Assembly (NCBI RefSeq): GCF_000497125.1
Contig: NC_090600.1
Location: 1,323,197 to 1,387,196, forward strand
Reading direction: 5' to 3'
DNA from: Spironucleus salmonicida
Lineage: Eukaryota
DNA length: 64,000 nucleotides
Of the stretch, positions 41,697-55,830 are shown one piece after another. The notes beneath the pieces were generated by a model that was given only the letters and a program-made list of their open reading frames with translations, was not told the origin of the DNA and searched no databases. The position numbers were made by a program, and so were the translations under genes. Within the stretch, counting starts at the first letter, position 1, and each line of letters starts with the position of its first letter.

Positions 41697-44600
41697 TCAT
41701 CTCCCTGTTAAATGAACATATACACCAGAAATGTTTAGTTCATCTAAATCTGCTTCAACGCCAATTAAATCGGTTACAGGTAAACGAATTTCACGTTATT
41801 TATCAACATATACTGGAATACCAGCCTTACATTTACCTTCTTAAATACTGATTCCATTCATAAATCCTTCCTTCTAACTCAAATTAATTCCTTAACCGAC
41901 CAAGGTTCCACCCTAAATACTTAATGATCCATTTTTGAGAAATACACCAGAATTTCCTCCAATAACTGCTTTGAGCGAAATTTTATCAAGTTCCTATCCT
42001 GTTTCGACCCCAAAATGTCTACGGATCGCTTCCATTATAGCAGTTGGGCGTGGAAGAAGATTGAGCTCAATTTCAATTTTTTGAGGTAAACTTGCTAGAG
42101 ATGCCTGAATTGATAGTCCAGATTGTTCTAAAAAGGTTATAAAATCTTGAGGACCACCAGTGGAGATTGTAACTAAATTTGCTTAATCAAGAGGAGCTAC
42201 GGGTGTAGGAGGTGCCAAAATACCATTTGCCCAGTGTTCTGGTGTGATTCCAGAATTCAAAAATAATGCTATTTAGCGTGATTTCGAGGAAGCTAATAAA
42301 GGATTTTGACTGCTAAAAATTAACCCTTCTAAATCAGTTTTTATAATTTTCATCTAAAATAACAAGTTTTCAAATTGTTGATTCAACTCTTCAGAGATTG
42401 GAGATTTTGAAGCAGTAACTTTCAGTTAATTCAGTTTCTAAAAAACCATTAAAAATTAGGTATTAATCTTTTATGAAGTTTAATAAAATGATGTATTTTC
42501 TCCTTCTTTTCCAACATTCCCAGCTCTCTAAAGAATCGATTTCACTAACAAAGAATCTTTCTCTCCTTTTGTTAAAAGAGCATTTGAAGGCAAAGCAAGA
42601 GAATCTGGAGATGGGTTTTATGGGAAATTGACAGAGACATATTTAATAATTTCGGCCTACACTGACTTAGCCCTATATATGATTCCAACGGGTGGTAAAA
42701 TATATTTCAAAAATGAATATTTACTAATTAATTTAGCGACTTGAGGTACTGTTTTATAACTTTCTTCCACCCCTTTAATATCCTGTATAGACTCAGCATC
42801 TTTTTCGTTTATGGAAGCTATTATATTATGATCAAATATAATTTTGACCATCGATTTTATTAAATTCAGATCAGCTTCATCTTTCGTGGATGCACCATAC
42901 ACTGCATCTATAATCAGTCCCTATGCTCGTTCAATTACAATATCAATTTTGTTATCAAATTAAACAGACTTGATTAAAATTTCAGCCAAACTCAGTAAAT
43001 CTTAAGAATTCCAGCCAGGATCACTTCCTACACCTCTTGGTGCATATTGTATTCTTCCCTCCAAAATAGCATGAAATGATGTCAAAACGTACAAAATACT
43101 ATAAAATTACATACCCAATTTATTATTAATATTAATAATAGGCCATTAATATATTAAAGATAAGAATGTATCTTTCGGGCTTGATTAGGCTTGCAAATGA
43201 ATTCTCCATGAAATTCTAGAGAGATTCTTTGGGAATCCTTATTTAGGTTCTAAAAGAAGTATTATCTTAACAAATTATGGATATTTTGGGTCGTATTTTG
43301 CTGAAAATGTAGTTGCATATTGTACTAGCTTCGATGATAGTGAATTTAACCAATTAAGACACAAATGTGCTCCTTTGACTACAATTAAAGTCTAAATATT
43401 TTTTTCTAGACTTTTACCAGCACCATCCAAAATATTAAAAAGCTAGTCCTCACATTCTTTCTCCTTTCCAGGTGAAATTGCAACTGTCTTCGCTTTTAAT
43501 TAGTTGGTTGGGTCTTAACCTGAAGCTGTATAAATAATAATAGGTTAGTAAATTCCATTAACAAGTCGTATAGCTTATTATACTGGATCTTAAATTTGAG
43601 AATTTTTGACCGTAAACACTAGTTCACAAGCCAAGTTAAGAGATTATGATAACAAATCTGGACGGAAAAATGTTATTATTGCGAGTTTCTCTATGATATT
43701 TAAACTTATAGCAGTTTATGGCAACTTAGATATATTAATATCTTTCCAGTTTTATATATCCTACGCAAATTATGTCCAAATTTCATTTTCAAAATTTAGA
43801 GACATTGGGTTAGTTAATGATAAGCATAGTTATGAATAAATATGAGAGTTTTTCTTTGCCCAACTTGGTATATTTTACTACAATTAACCATCGCAACGTC
43901 CAGTGAAGAAATTATACAAATTTTGTGTAAAAGAAGTGGTAGTAAATTTAAGAAGTATTGAAATTGCCCCAATTCGATCATTGCTGAACACCATATTATT
44001 AAGTCTTAGGTATAACTAAAACAAATAGAGCTAATTAACTCTTTGAATTACTTTTTAGTCAAAATTTGGGCTCAAATTTTCACCCAAAATATCGTTCAAA
44101 ATCGGTACTACTGTCGAGTCATCAACAACATAAAGCTCATTAAGCTGGTTAATTTACTCTAATGCTTATATACTCTTAGAAACAACTTCAGCAATCAGCA
44201 TGGCCTTCTCTCTTTTTACTTTAAGCTCCAAATTGATTGCATATGCCTATTCTTATGTTTGCTTAACTTCTATGCTTTGTTTGGTGGCATTTTCGAGCAC
44301 TTTCATCAAGTTTTCATCTTCTAAAATGTTGACTTGGTCACTTTCCTATAACGCTTTTAGTAATGTACATTCAATATTAGCCAAGTTGAATCTAAGTTAT
44401 GCCTCTGTTTCATTTAATTTCGTCATTTGATTTAAACTCTCAGGGCTCCATTTTAATAATACCTAATCAACATAGTAGTCGCTTCTAGACTTTTCAGTTG
44501 GAGCGAAAGACACTTCTAAAAGTTTTCCTTAGAGGTCGCTTGGAAGTTAAATTTGGACTGAACTAACAGCAAAAATTTTGAAGTTTTAGTGTAATTCGCT

Positions 44601-47600
44601 CATTTTTGCACTAGTTGATGGTACAAGAAGTGTTGTCTATGGAATGAGGTTGCCGAAATTTAGCTATTCTTAATTAGGCTCACAATTCGAATTTTCACTT
44701 CTTTTATAGCATTCTGAACCATATCGCAAATACGCAATTAAAGCACTAGGGAGTACTCCGCTATCACAGTCAGTAACAATAATTTACTGTCCAAATCTAG
44801 CTGCGATAGCAAGTAAGTTTGACAAGTTTTCAGAAGTTGCCGAAATTTACTAACAGCTAATCTCTTTTTATAACCAAGTAAGCGCCCCAGTTGCATCAGT
44901 TACGTTTGATAACACAAATCCAAATAGACCATTTTATGCTTTCAACTCATGAATTAATTTAGCGTTCTCCATTGCTGAATTTGAGTCACGCAGGCCCTTA
45001 TTTTTAGCATTATCTTTGAAAATAACGTCAATTAGTAGCTTTTAGAAAAATTCACGATTCTCAACTCCACAAAACTCGCCCCTTATATCATCTGTTCTAT
45101 TTCCTGCCAAAACAAACATTGACGCGCACCTGATACAAGCACTATGGATACCCTCCAGCTGCTTTTGTGCCTCATTTTGATTTAACGCCCACCGAATACG
45201 CTCATCCTTCAGCTGGTTCAACATAGTATTTCCTCGTTCCTTTTTCACTTCGATTCCGGCTAACTCTGCTTAAAATCGAACCAAATCCTAGGTTTTTTGA
45301 TCGAAATTATCGCGCAAAATACGTGTTTCATCCTCTAATAGCTGAATCGAAGTTTGCGTTCTTTCTAAATTTGTTTTCAGGCTGCTAAGGGCTTCCGAGG
45401 CTTCCGATGCAGCCTTGATGAGCGGTTCGATTTTAACATAAACGGACGCATATTATAGTGATGCTGACACCCATTTTGCAAGCGGTGCGGCAGCACGGGA
45501 CACCTTTTGGATCTTCTCCTGCACGAACGCATCAGGTTACTTTTGGGTTAAAACAATGACCTTTTTGAGCTGTGCTGATGGCACTTTTTTAATATCTAGA
45601 GACGCAATTTGGCGCAAAACACCGCTCTGGCTCAGAAATGCACGCATACCCTGCCAACTCATATCAGCCTAGCCCATAAACGTCAGAACAGCCTCTAGAA
45701 CGATTGCAACGGCAGGTGGTGGGTTTTTGAATGATTTAACTTCTGAAATAGCATCATTTGGAATCCCACTGACAGCTTTTGTTGCCTCCTCTAAAATTGG
45801 CATGACTGTTGACAGTTCAGCCTCAGAGTCGATCTTTTGTTGCGTAATCACAACTTCTTTTGTCGATAACTCTGTCTGCATCTAGTCTGCTAGACGCTTG
45901 TTTTCCTACACAATGACCATTTTCTATGTGATGTCTGCTAGAGCTTAATTAGCTGAATTTTGAGCGTTTTCGACAGCTTTCTGACGATTCTAAGCTTCTT
46001 ATGAAAGCTTATCGACCTCTTGTTGAGCAAATTCGAGTTACTTCAATCCAGATTACAACTAGTCACGTCTTGTAGAAATTTAAGCGTTCCAAAGGCTATA
46101 AAATTTGTTATAAATAATAAATGCTCTGATATATTGATTGTTTGATAAAATAACATTTTGGGGAGTAAAGTTTTTAATAAATTTCTAGAATTCTTAATGG
46201 AATTCGCTTTGGATTTCAAGTTAATAGTTACTTTAAATTGACTAAAACTACGCTAAAATAAATGATGGTAGTGTTTAATTTTCAGAGATCTCGTATGAAA
46301 CTATATTATAAGACCTTCTTAATGGTGGAGAGCTTTCTAAAATAGTATTTGTTAGTTTTCGCTCTGGGTTTAGAACTAAAACCGGTATAATGGAGTTGAT
46401 AATGCAAGTAAGTAGCTTTATAATAAACTATTCTTCGGAAAGTTCGTCTGTAATATGGTGCTTTTCTTAAAAGATTGAAATTAATGATCTAAGATCTGCT
46501 AGATTGAGTTTATTTCTTAAAAATCCTATATCTTTAGCTGCTATAGCTGATACGAATTACGTCCATTAAGAATCTGTCTCAACAGCTGCTGAGTCTATTA
46601 TAACTGCCAATTTTGTGAATCCATTAGCTATTCTTTCAGATATAGACTTAATTGCTTAATTTGAAATATAGTCTGATCCAATGAAACGAATATCATGCCC
46701 AGTAGTGATTAAAGCAACATAAATGCTTTCTATAGACAAGTTATTAGGAAGTGTAAATACAATTGCACCCTTAGTTTAAATGAAAGCAAATTCTAATGCA
46801 GCAATATTAGAAAGTAGATCTTGAACACTCTACTAAGGTAATTTTTCTAAAATCTATTCATAATTTGACAAGCATGGATAATAATCTTAACAAACCTCAA
46901 CTAATTCCTTTATTTGTGATAATTTTTTAGAGGAACCGACAAAACTAAACTCATTTGTTGTTTTAATTGGCTCATCTAATGAAAAACTTTTAGAAACACT
47001 CTGGACTAGATTTTATTTATAATAAGTAAGATACTAGTCCTATTCTTTCTTGCCTAAGCATTATAAATCTTTGTTGGCCATTGTTCTACCAGATTTATAC
47101 GGAATTGGACAAGCCATTAAATATTCCATAACAGTTATTATCTGCTAAGAGTTCAGGTTCATATCTTTAATTTTAATTAATTATGAAAGCTAAGGTGATC
47201 TGAATTAAGGAAGCAATTTAGGTAGGGCGATGATATAATTTTAATTTTATTACTTAGCTCGAATAACTTAGGCTTCCGCTTCCTCTACCGCCTATCCCAA
47301 CCACAACTTTAAGTTCGTTTATGCTTGAATTGCTTTATATTACTCGTAAAACGATTATAAAATGATAGAATTATCAGTTTCTGTTAACTCTTAAAATTAA
47401 ACTAAGCCAATAAGTCTTTAAATTCTATCAGGAACTGAATTATAATTTGTTACTGATATGTTGACAATAATATCTTATAATATGCAATCTTGACCATTTT
47501 TCAAGTATACCTTATTATGAGCCACTATACTCCACAGTAATGAGTAGATCTCAGAATGACCATATTCATCACATTCGACAACATCAGCATCTCGAATCAA

Positions 47601-50600
47601 TACAACAAGTTTGTTGCCTCCCTTAGGTTTGATAACACGCTCGCCATTGCTCCTCTAAAATTCGACGCATGAATGCGTCAAACTGCGAATTATATCAGTT
47701 CTTCCAGTCAATTACGTACAAGCTATCTCTAAAAGATCATAATTAGAACCCAAAATCGCATTTTGAAGGCTATAATATTTACCGCTCTAATTTCCTCCAG
47801 AGAGAACAATTGACGTACCGTTGGCGAAATAGCTCTATATCACCTTCTAGGCCCAGACCTACTATTTTACTTAATTGTTATTTTACACACAAATAGGAGA
47901 CAGAACTACCCCAATATCTGCCTTACTTCCCCCCAAAACCTCGACAAACTTGACCAAATCCGCTTCGCTGAATGTTCCAAAACTGCTCAAAATACGCACT
48001 GCTCCATGTGAAAATTATCCTTTTAGCACTAGCTCCCCTGTTCCTGCTGCATTTAAATGCGTCGTTATTTTCGGTAATTAACACATCAAATTTTACGGTA
48101 AAATCTTTACAATATTGGGTATATCCTGATTAATACTTTTAATAGTCTCAATTTGCTCTGGAAAGTCTGGATCGCTAACTAGAATAATTGCCAGACGTGA
48201 AATTGTGGCAGGAGAGGCATGTGTCACAGAATCTGTCTCAAATAGGAAACTAACAGGTGTTGGAATCTAGTAATCCATGCGTAAGTTTGTACCTAATTCA
48301 GCACCGTTTGCTCTTTTAATACTAGCATTAGAAAAATATGCTTCCAAGGGGTTAAGAGACATTGGGAAGCGGATTCGTTCACCTGAAGACAGCGAAAGCA
48401 AGCGATTGTCATCCAATGATGAATTAAGTGCTTCAATCCATCCTGGATCAATTTCGCCATCGAAAACAATAAGAGGCCAAATATATGGCTTTTGTTTAGC
48501 ATTTAATAGTGAAACTGCCTGTCTAGCTGCTCTTGTAAGAGCTCCATCTACCCATTCTTTCGTACTAGAATCAACATATCCTAAGAGTTCGCTTCTACTC
48601 ATACTTTTCGGGCTGATAAGGAACTCACGGATTTCTATGAAACCGTTACTGACATCATAGATTGCATCACGCATTTTCTGACGAATTCTAGTTTTTCCGC
48701 TTGCTGATTTTCCAAGCAAACCGACACCGGTTTTAGCCGTCAGAGCTCTGAAAAGCTGGATAACAAGCTCACCCTCTCTGTCATTGCAAGAGAGCTTCTC
48801 GGCTATCCGTTCTTCAATCTCTGAACTAGCACCAAATTTGTTCATTTTTTAATTATTTTCTCCAAAAATATCTCTTAAAATCTCTCCAAAAATAGTTTTT
48901 GAAATGCCTTGAACCCGTGAAAAAGTAGCATCAGAAAGTGATTTTATAATAACTTGCTTTTCTTGTAGCAAAATATCATTTGACGGTTTCAAACTAGCCC
49001 TCTAAAGTGCGGCCTAACGAAGCACAGCTTATAGTGATCTAAGACCCCAGTCCAGATGTACTTACTTAGGTATTCTGCGAGATGCTAAAGAATATGTTAA
49101 ATCAACCTTAAGAGCCCAAATTTTAGCAAACTGAAAACCAGATGTTGAAAGAATGGTCTCCATAATTTGTGAAGTATCTGCTTTTCCCATAAAACAAGGG
49201 CGTAGAAGTTTAATAAGAGAAAATGGAAGCTCTGAACGCCCTCTGTACTCTCTAGACGCTGGGTTCATTGTTACAAATACTGCTGAAAATGGAGAAATTT
49301 TGCTAACTGGCACTGATATATCAGAAAGCTTGAATAAATCATCCAAATTCACATTCTGTGACCTGTTCAAGATTGTTTTTTGAACATCTTCAATATCCGC
49401 TGATACAGCTGATAAAACAGCCGGTGAGAGTCTGTTTACCTCATCAAAGCATCCGACCGAACCTGAAAGGACTATTCCGATCAAAATTCGGCTTAAATTT
49501 TCTCTATCAATAGCTGAATCGCAGTTAAAAACTATACATGGGCGTGCTAATTTAGCACAAAATGCTTTTACAGTTTCCGTCTTTCCAGTACCAGCAGGAC
49601 CCTGTGGATTTGAAGATTTTGAAATATTTAAAGCTGATGTTAAAGTTGAATAACAGCGATCTGTTAGCGGTGTATGGATTAGTCTAGGAGGAAGGCCTTA
49701 ATACTCGAATGTGTATGGTAAAAATGTATCTAAAGAAACTATGAACAAATCTCCAGTATTTTGATAAACTCTGTATTTAAGCTCTCTGTTCCAGACCCAG
49801 GCTCTAGAGGCTGAATCTTCTAATAGAGAATCTAAAACTGCTATAAAATGTGTTGTATCCGTTGCTAATTGTTTCAATTTAAGTGACAAAACGTAATCTT
49901 ACGATCCAAAAGTAGCCGAGCTTAGCTATGGTGAATAAAGTTTGTCTGTGAAAGCTTTAAGGAAAGTTTACATTCTAGTTTTTGTCTACTCTAAAAGTTT
50001 GTTTTCATCTTTTTGACCAAAAATTGCATAGTCTACTTGTGCAGTGAACATAACACTAAATGCTACACATAACATCTCTCCAGAAACATTTTGAATGTCC
50101 AAATTTGCTTTAATGGAATTCTGAATCTCACGAATACAGAAAAATACGTCATTTTTCATGACATACGGAGTTATTTTCTTAATTTCTGAATATTAATTAC
50201 AAATACCTTCTGGTGTTTTTACCAATTACTCAACTTGAAGACATTTTAAAAACTCTTGCTTCAATGTTTACTTAATCTCTGAATCCAAAAGTCCCAACCA
50301 ATTCTCCGGGTTATTATCAATCACTACCTATTTTCGTAACTAAACAGTCTCGCCTTCCGGACTCGTAAAACTCACGATTTTATCTTCGTTTATTTACAGT
50401 TTTTCAATCGCTGAAAACATTTTTTTGATATGCGAATTAATGATTTAGCTGTTAGAACCCGCACCCGACAAAATTTCTAAAACATCAGAATCAGCCAAAA
50501 AATAAAATCTTGGGAATATAAGCCGTTTTCCTTCCAAAAATACCCGCAAAGCTGTCTGAACTTGTGCCAGCTGCAAACTTGCAGATTCCAACTACTAAAT

Positions 50601-53600
50601 TACGAATTTGTAGCACCCAAGCTCTTCAAATGCATTAACAACCGGCAATGAAAAGTTCTCGCTGACCTATTAACGTATCAATTGTGCAACCAGAGCATTC
50701 TACTCCTGCTCTTAAAACACGAATCCGACGACCTTCAAAGCTGCGTAAAAACGCCGTGTTTCGTTCATGAGCACTTTTCGAGCGATAACTGGCTCTAAAA
50801 CTGTAATTTAGCGCCCAATCTGCCCCTGAAGAAGCGCAAATTGAGTTACTGCTTCAATGGCGCAGTTCGAGTCCTCAATTGAAGCCATTAAAAATTTCGA
50901 ATAAGGAGAGGAAGAAACGCTAGCTAAAACTGACTTTTTCTCCGTCAAAGCGGTCAAAATAGGCTTCCACTGTCCCGTACTCGGAAGCAACGAAATTTCT
51001 CCGATTTCTGAGAGTTCAGACTGCGAAAATGGAGATATTTTAATGAGCGTGAACTGCACTTTCGCCTCCGATTGCAACCAGAACTGGACTTCATCGACCG
51101 CGCCTCTGATCGATTGCTCGTTTTCTGCTCTAACAATGATTTCTCGTGTGTTTTTAACGAAAGTTTCGTATTTCTAGGAAGAACCAAATTGCTGGTTGGC
51201 CTAGTTGAGCGTTAAGGCAGCAAAAAAGTGACAAAATGCTGCGCCTATGATCGAATCTGGGAGCTGGGAGCTGAATTGGTTGTTCTGTGCGTAAAATTTG
51301 ATGAATGGAAGCATTTGAGAACTTTCAACAATTTCTAGCCAGTGTTGTTTTGTAAGAACCGGTGATTTTAACAATTTCAAATTTTGAATGATCGTTTGGC
51401 TGAAAGATTGGGTAAAAGTTAGATACTAACTTAAATGCGTGCAAAACTGATTAATTTCGTCAATATTAAGGCCTGTTGAGTCTAATTAGTTTTTAAATCC
51501 AGATAAATGCTCTTTTAGAAGTATCGAATCTGAAGAAATTTCTTCTAAAAGGTCTAATCTGGTTTTCAGAGTTGGCCAGTCAAATCTGAATAATTCTGTT
51601 TTTAATTAAATCAATTTATCTACATGTAATATTATTTAGTGCATTGTTGTTATTGGAATGTCTAGCTAAATTATCTGGTTGATAACTGTGATTTGTGCGG
51701 CAGATAGGTCTTTTTGATAAGATTAGTTAAATAGTAACTACATTTCTTGTTCCATTTATTAAGTTTGTGTAGTAACTGATGCTATTGTTTACTACATTTC
51801 TGTAAATACTGTTGTCAGTTGACTTACTTATGAATCTTCATGATAAAGCAAGAACAATTTGTTATCAACTTTAAAATCTGAACTAACTTTAGTTAAATCC
51901 ATAAAAATAGATGATAATTTATTTAAAGTATTAAATAATATGTCTTTTGTATTTTTACAATCATCCACAATTAATGAATTTTACTACTGCAAAGTTGACT
52001 TCATTTCTTCTTTTTTATCTTCTATCAGTGACTCTGTACCTTATATTTTCTCCTTTAAAATATTAAAAGAATATGAACTTAATTCTATTAGTTTTAGAAC
52101 TGAGTCTCTTTGTGTTGATTACATTTAGATTAATTAGTAAAACTCTAACATATCATCATTTTAATTCTTAAGCTCACCAAGCACACGAACCTTTACTTTT
52201 TAAAAATAATCTCTTAAGTCTGCCAATTAAGCTGAACTAGAAATTGATGTTAAAGATGATTACATTTTTAAAGTAAATTGAGATACCTCATCAATTAGCT
52301 TTTATGCAGTTTACTAACTGGTATAACTTGCTGATGAAACAGCAACTGTTTAATATGCCATTGGAAGATCATTTAGGTTGTTCATCAATATAGATAAATC
52401 TAATTCGAAATTATCAAATTTATAAATATGCGTATTTTCATTTACCGAAATAATAGTTGGAAATTAATCATAAAGATCATTTTGAGGCGAAATTAAGTTC
52501 CCAGATCCTAAATTAAATAATAGTTAACAAGATTCCGGGCTTTAACAATATTGAGCACATAATTAATCAGATTTTTAGGAATTTAAATATAAAACCCCAT
52601 AATACTTTTGTTTAAAGTAGTTAATAATAGAATAAACAGTTTCAGCTTTTACTTTGGCTAGTTCATGCATGGTGAGTAATATTTCAATGCTTAATTATTT
52701 AATTTATGTCAACATGTCATCAGGATATATGAAGTAATCAGGTGTTATAATATTAGCACATTTATCAAAATGATCAATAATAATTTATTTAATCTATTAT
52801 TCACTAAAATTAAATTCAAAATCATTGCTAGTTTTAAGTTTTAAAATAGGGATATTAGAAACTTACTTCTATAAATAGGATACATATTTAACACTTATTA
52901 CTTAAGCAACTGCAGCAATTGAAAAGTTTTAGGCATATGTTGCTTATTCAGGTGGTAGCGTCTCTATTAATTAATTCGAAATAGCTCTCAATGTAGAAAT
53001 GGAGTTAATCCATAGCTGTTATTAATCTATATTTAAACTGGATAAAATCTTAATTTCTCTAATGAATTTCTTTCTAAAATCTTCTAATTTATCTACCCTA
53101 GCCTAAAATTATTTCATAATTCCATCTATATAAGATGCGCCTTTTTTAATTTTTTCAATACTGGTATCTTCAAAATTAAATATACTAGCACCTGCAGCTT
53201 TTTTCATCTCATTTTCAAATGCCAATATAGAAGGTTTCAAAATTGTTAATTGGTATTCTTATAATTATGAATTAACTGTATTATAAAATCCGGCTATATT
53301 ACTATAAATTTAAACCGCACTAAGACTACTAAAAATATACTTAATTTAGTTTTCCTTACCCTGAAGATTCAACTTAACACCATTTTGCTAAAATGCAACT
53401 ACAATATCAAAAACTTTTTATATTTAAGCGCTAAATGTTGCAACAGCTTTACCAGTATGCTAGTCAAAGAAGAATATAGGAGTAGGTTTGAACTCGGATA
53501 AATATTTAAGTATTTCGGTTTCTGCTTCTTATGTTAATTTATTAATATGCTAATCTAATTCTTTTGAATTCTCTAGATTTCTTGTGATTTATTATGCTTC

Positions 53601-54491
53601 TTTAAACCATTCTTTATCAGAAAATAATATACCGATACTATTAAAAGTTTGCTTAAAATTACTCTTATAATCCTTAATTTCTTAGAAGATATCTCCATAC
53701 GTCTAGGATTTTTATTCATACTTGAGCCCCATGAATAAATTCTTAATAGTATTCTCTAAATCTGAAAATGCCTTTTTAACTCTGGGTCGTTTGAGTAATC
53801 CTTTTGACGTTGCTAAAACACCAAAAATAGCAAACAAATTATCCTTATTAAGATTAATTGTATTTTCAAGGAGCTTTTGAGCAGCTTTTTCTTCAAATTA
53901 AGACATTAAATGCCCTATTTACTTTATTGTTGTTTCAAAATTTTCATCAAATAAAATATCATGCTATATTATGAATATTTCATTAAATAATTTAAAAATA
54001 CCATTTGCTGCTTATGCAGCAACTTATAAAGCTCTGACTCGAGGTGTAAACGGATGCTACCTCAATAAAGCTTAAGAAAAAAGGTTAACAAATTCCTCTA
54101 AATCTACTTGATGCAATTTCGTTGGTAAAACCTTTAGAATTGGCGTTAATTATTAAATAATTTCTATAGCAAAAGCCTCTCTGATCTATGAAACTCTAGT
54201 ACACCCGGCTTTCTCCAATGCTGTCGTATCTAAGGATTAACGTAAAGGAGATAAAACAATTCCCTATAAAATGTTAATTTCGTGTATAATTTTTTATGCT
54301 CTACCTTCATTTTATTTCTCCAACAAAATACGCTGATATAGCTCTAACTCTGAAGCTAGTGATCCTATTGGATAGTATGATTCCTACACATTTAATTAGA
54401 GCTAAGAATCTAACTATTAAAGCAATTACGCGGATGGGATAGTATTTGCCTTCTAGCAGGCATCGTAATATTCCTTTATAAGTTCCGTCAT
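41697..54491 (-). CDS. DYNC2H1: Cytoplasmic dynein-2 (IFT) heavy chain (~4264 aa; alternative ATG at 54515)
   Basis: All dynein-like track fragments share one frame. AAA1 NPQGPAGTGKTETVK...VFNCD...GCFDEVNRL; FVTMNPASREYRGR carries the dynein-2-type insertion; HLDWGLRSL; AAA2 GKSASGKT; stalk MPILEEATKAVSGIPNDAISEVKS. Confidence 0.9.
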
Positions 54492-54551
54492 TTGTGTGAA
54501 GTGAACAAAATTCATTATTAGATTATATAATAACATATATAACTTAAAAGA

Positions 54552-55313
54552 TCAATTCTTTGAAGGACGCCCTAAAAAATCAATTCTGATACCACATTTT
54601 ACATTAGCATCGTTATCATCAAACCAATAGCAGTCTCCACCATCTTAATTGTAACTTATATTATCCTACGGTGCTCCAAAATTATCAATAATAAAATTTA
54701 AATAAATGTTTTTTTCACAAGAGATAAGTTTGTTATAAAATACGGTATGATGCGTGCTGGCTCCAACTAATTTTGAAAGTTACTCGCTAGATAACTATTA
54801 GTGAAAATTTGTTAGTTTTTAATTAATAGCATTTTCTGTAACCATAAATTATTAAAAATCTTTATATATCTTTGGTAATTCCTATTTTAATTCTGATATT
54901 AAAGTTTTATAGTGTGGTAAATATTTAAATATTTCAAATTTATCATCAAATTAACCTTCGTTTAGACTAATAAGAAGACTTTTTGCTCTTTCAGAAACTG
55001 ATAGTTAGCTGAGTTCTTTTTAGTGCTAATCATCAGTTATATATTCTTAAAATTATGGGTAATAACATTATAATGAATTCTATAGAATGTTTAAATTTTT
55101 AACATTAAAAAGTGAGTGTAAATTAGAAATATTTTAGTTATTAATAGTAATAGTTGTTGTGAAGGATTCTGCTTTAAAATGTTACGTAAAAATAAATCCA
55201 AGATTTTCTAATTACGCATCTAATCGCATTATTAAATTCTCAATCTGAGGGTAAATAATCTAGATATCTAGTAATTAATCATATGCAAGTGTAAATGACA
55301 AGCAGTTGCTCAT
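54552..55313 (-). CDS. Hypothetical protein (253 aa), in frame with the downstream dynein-2 gene
   Basis: Code-6 ORF MSNCLSFTLAYDQ...CGIRIDFLGRPSKN*. Confidence 0.6.
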
Positions 55314-55386
55314 TTCAAATAATATAATAACTTATTTATATACATATTAGTACATATTATTTCATTAATATCATTTTTCACATATA

Positions 55387-55830
55387 ATGGATTTATTTTT
55401 AAATAGTTTGGAAAATGCAATTAGCAGTTTAGAATATAATCATTCTAATGTACCCATTATTGAATATTAATAAAATCATACATAATAATACAATATTGGT
55501 AAAGTACTCGTTAAACTAGAAATAACATCTAATTCATTACGACTTAGTTTCAAGTATAAGAAATGTTATGGTTTAAACAATTTTTATTTTTAACAGGTTA
55601 TTAATATAATAGTTAGAACCAATAAGTTTGCCAGATAATTTCCAATTGATGGATATTAAATTTCATTTGTTGTTATTGAAACCTAATATAAACATAATAA
55701 AGATAAATTGCTACATTTTTTTAATAAAATGATTAATCTGTAGCAATCTTATGATATTAATCTCATTGATAAATAAATTATTTAAAGTTTAATTACTGAA
55801 GATAATTAAACATAAAGAATAGTATAATGA
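55387..55830 (+). CDS. Divergent Arp2/3 complex subunit ARPC4 (p20)-like protein (147 aa)
   Basis: LEITSNSLRLSFKYKK, ARQFPIDGYQISFVV and KDKLLHFF are colinear with ARPC4 IEGSINSVRVSIAVKQ, LRRKPVEGYDISFLI and KHKLVDFV. Confidence 0.65.

Noticed and set aside
47875-49383. Plus-strand track ORFs inside dynein-2 (also 3921..4109, 7396..7590, 22144..22341, 24051..24482, 35556..35960, 43606..44430, 51859..52128, 58720..58911)
   Set aside because: Antisense or off-frame shadows of well-supported genes.
41697-54491. Giardia-like trans-spliced (split-intron) dynein genes
   Set aside because: Both dynein genes keep a single frame at every checked point and no split-intron boundary motifs were noticed.
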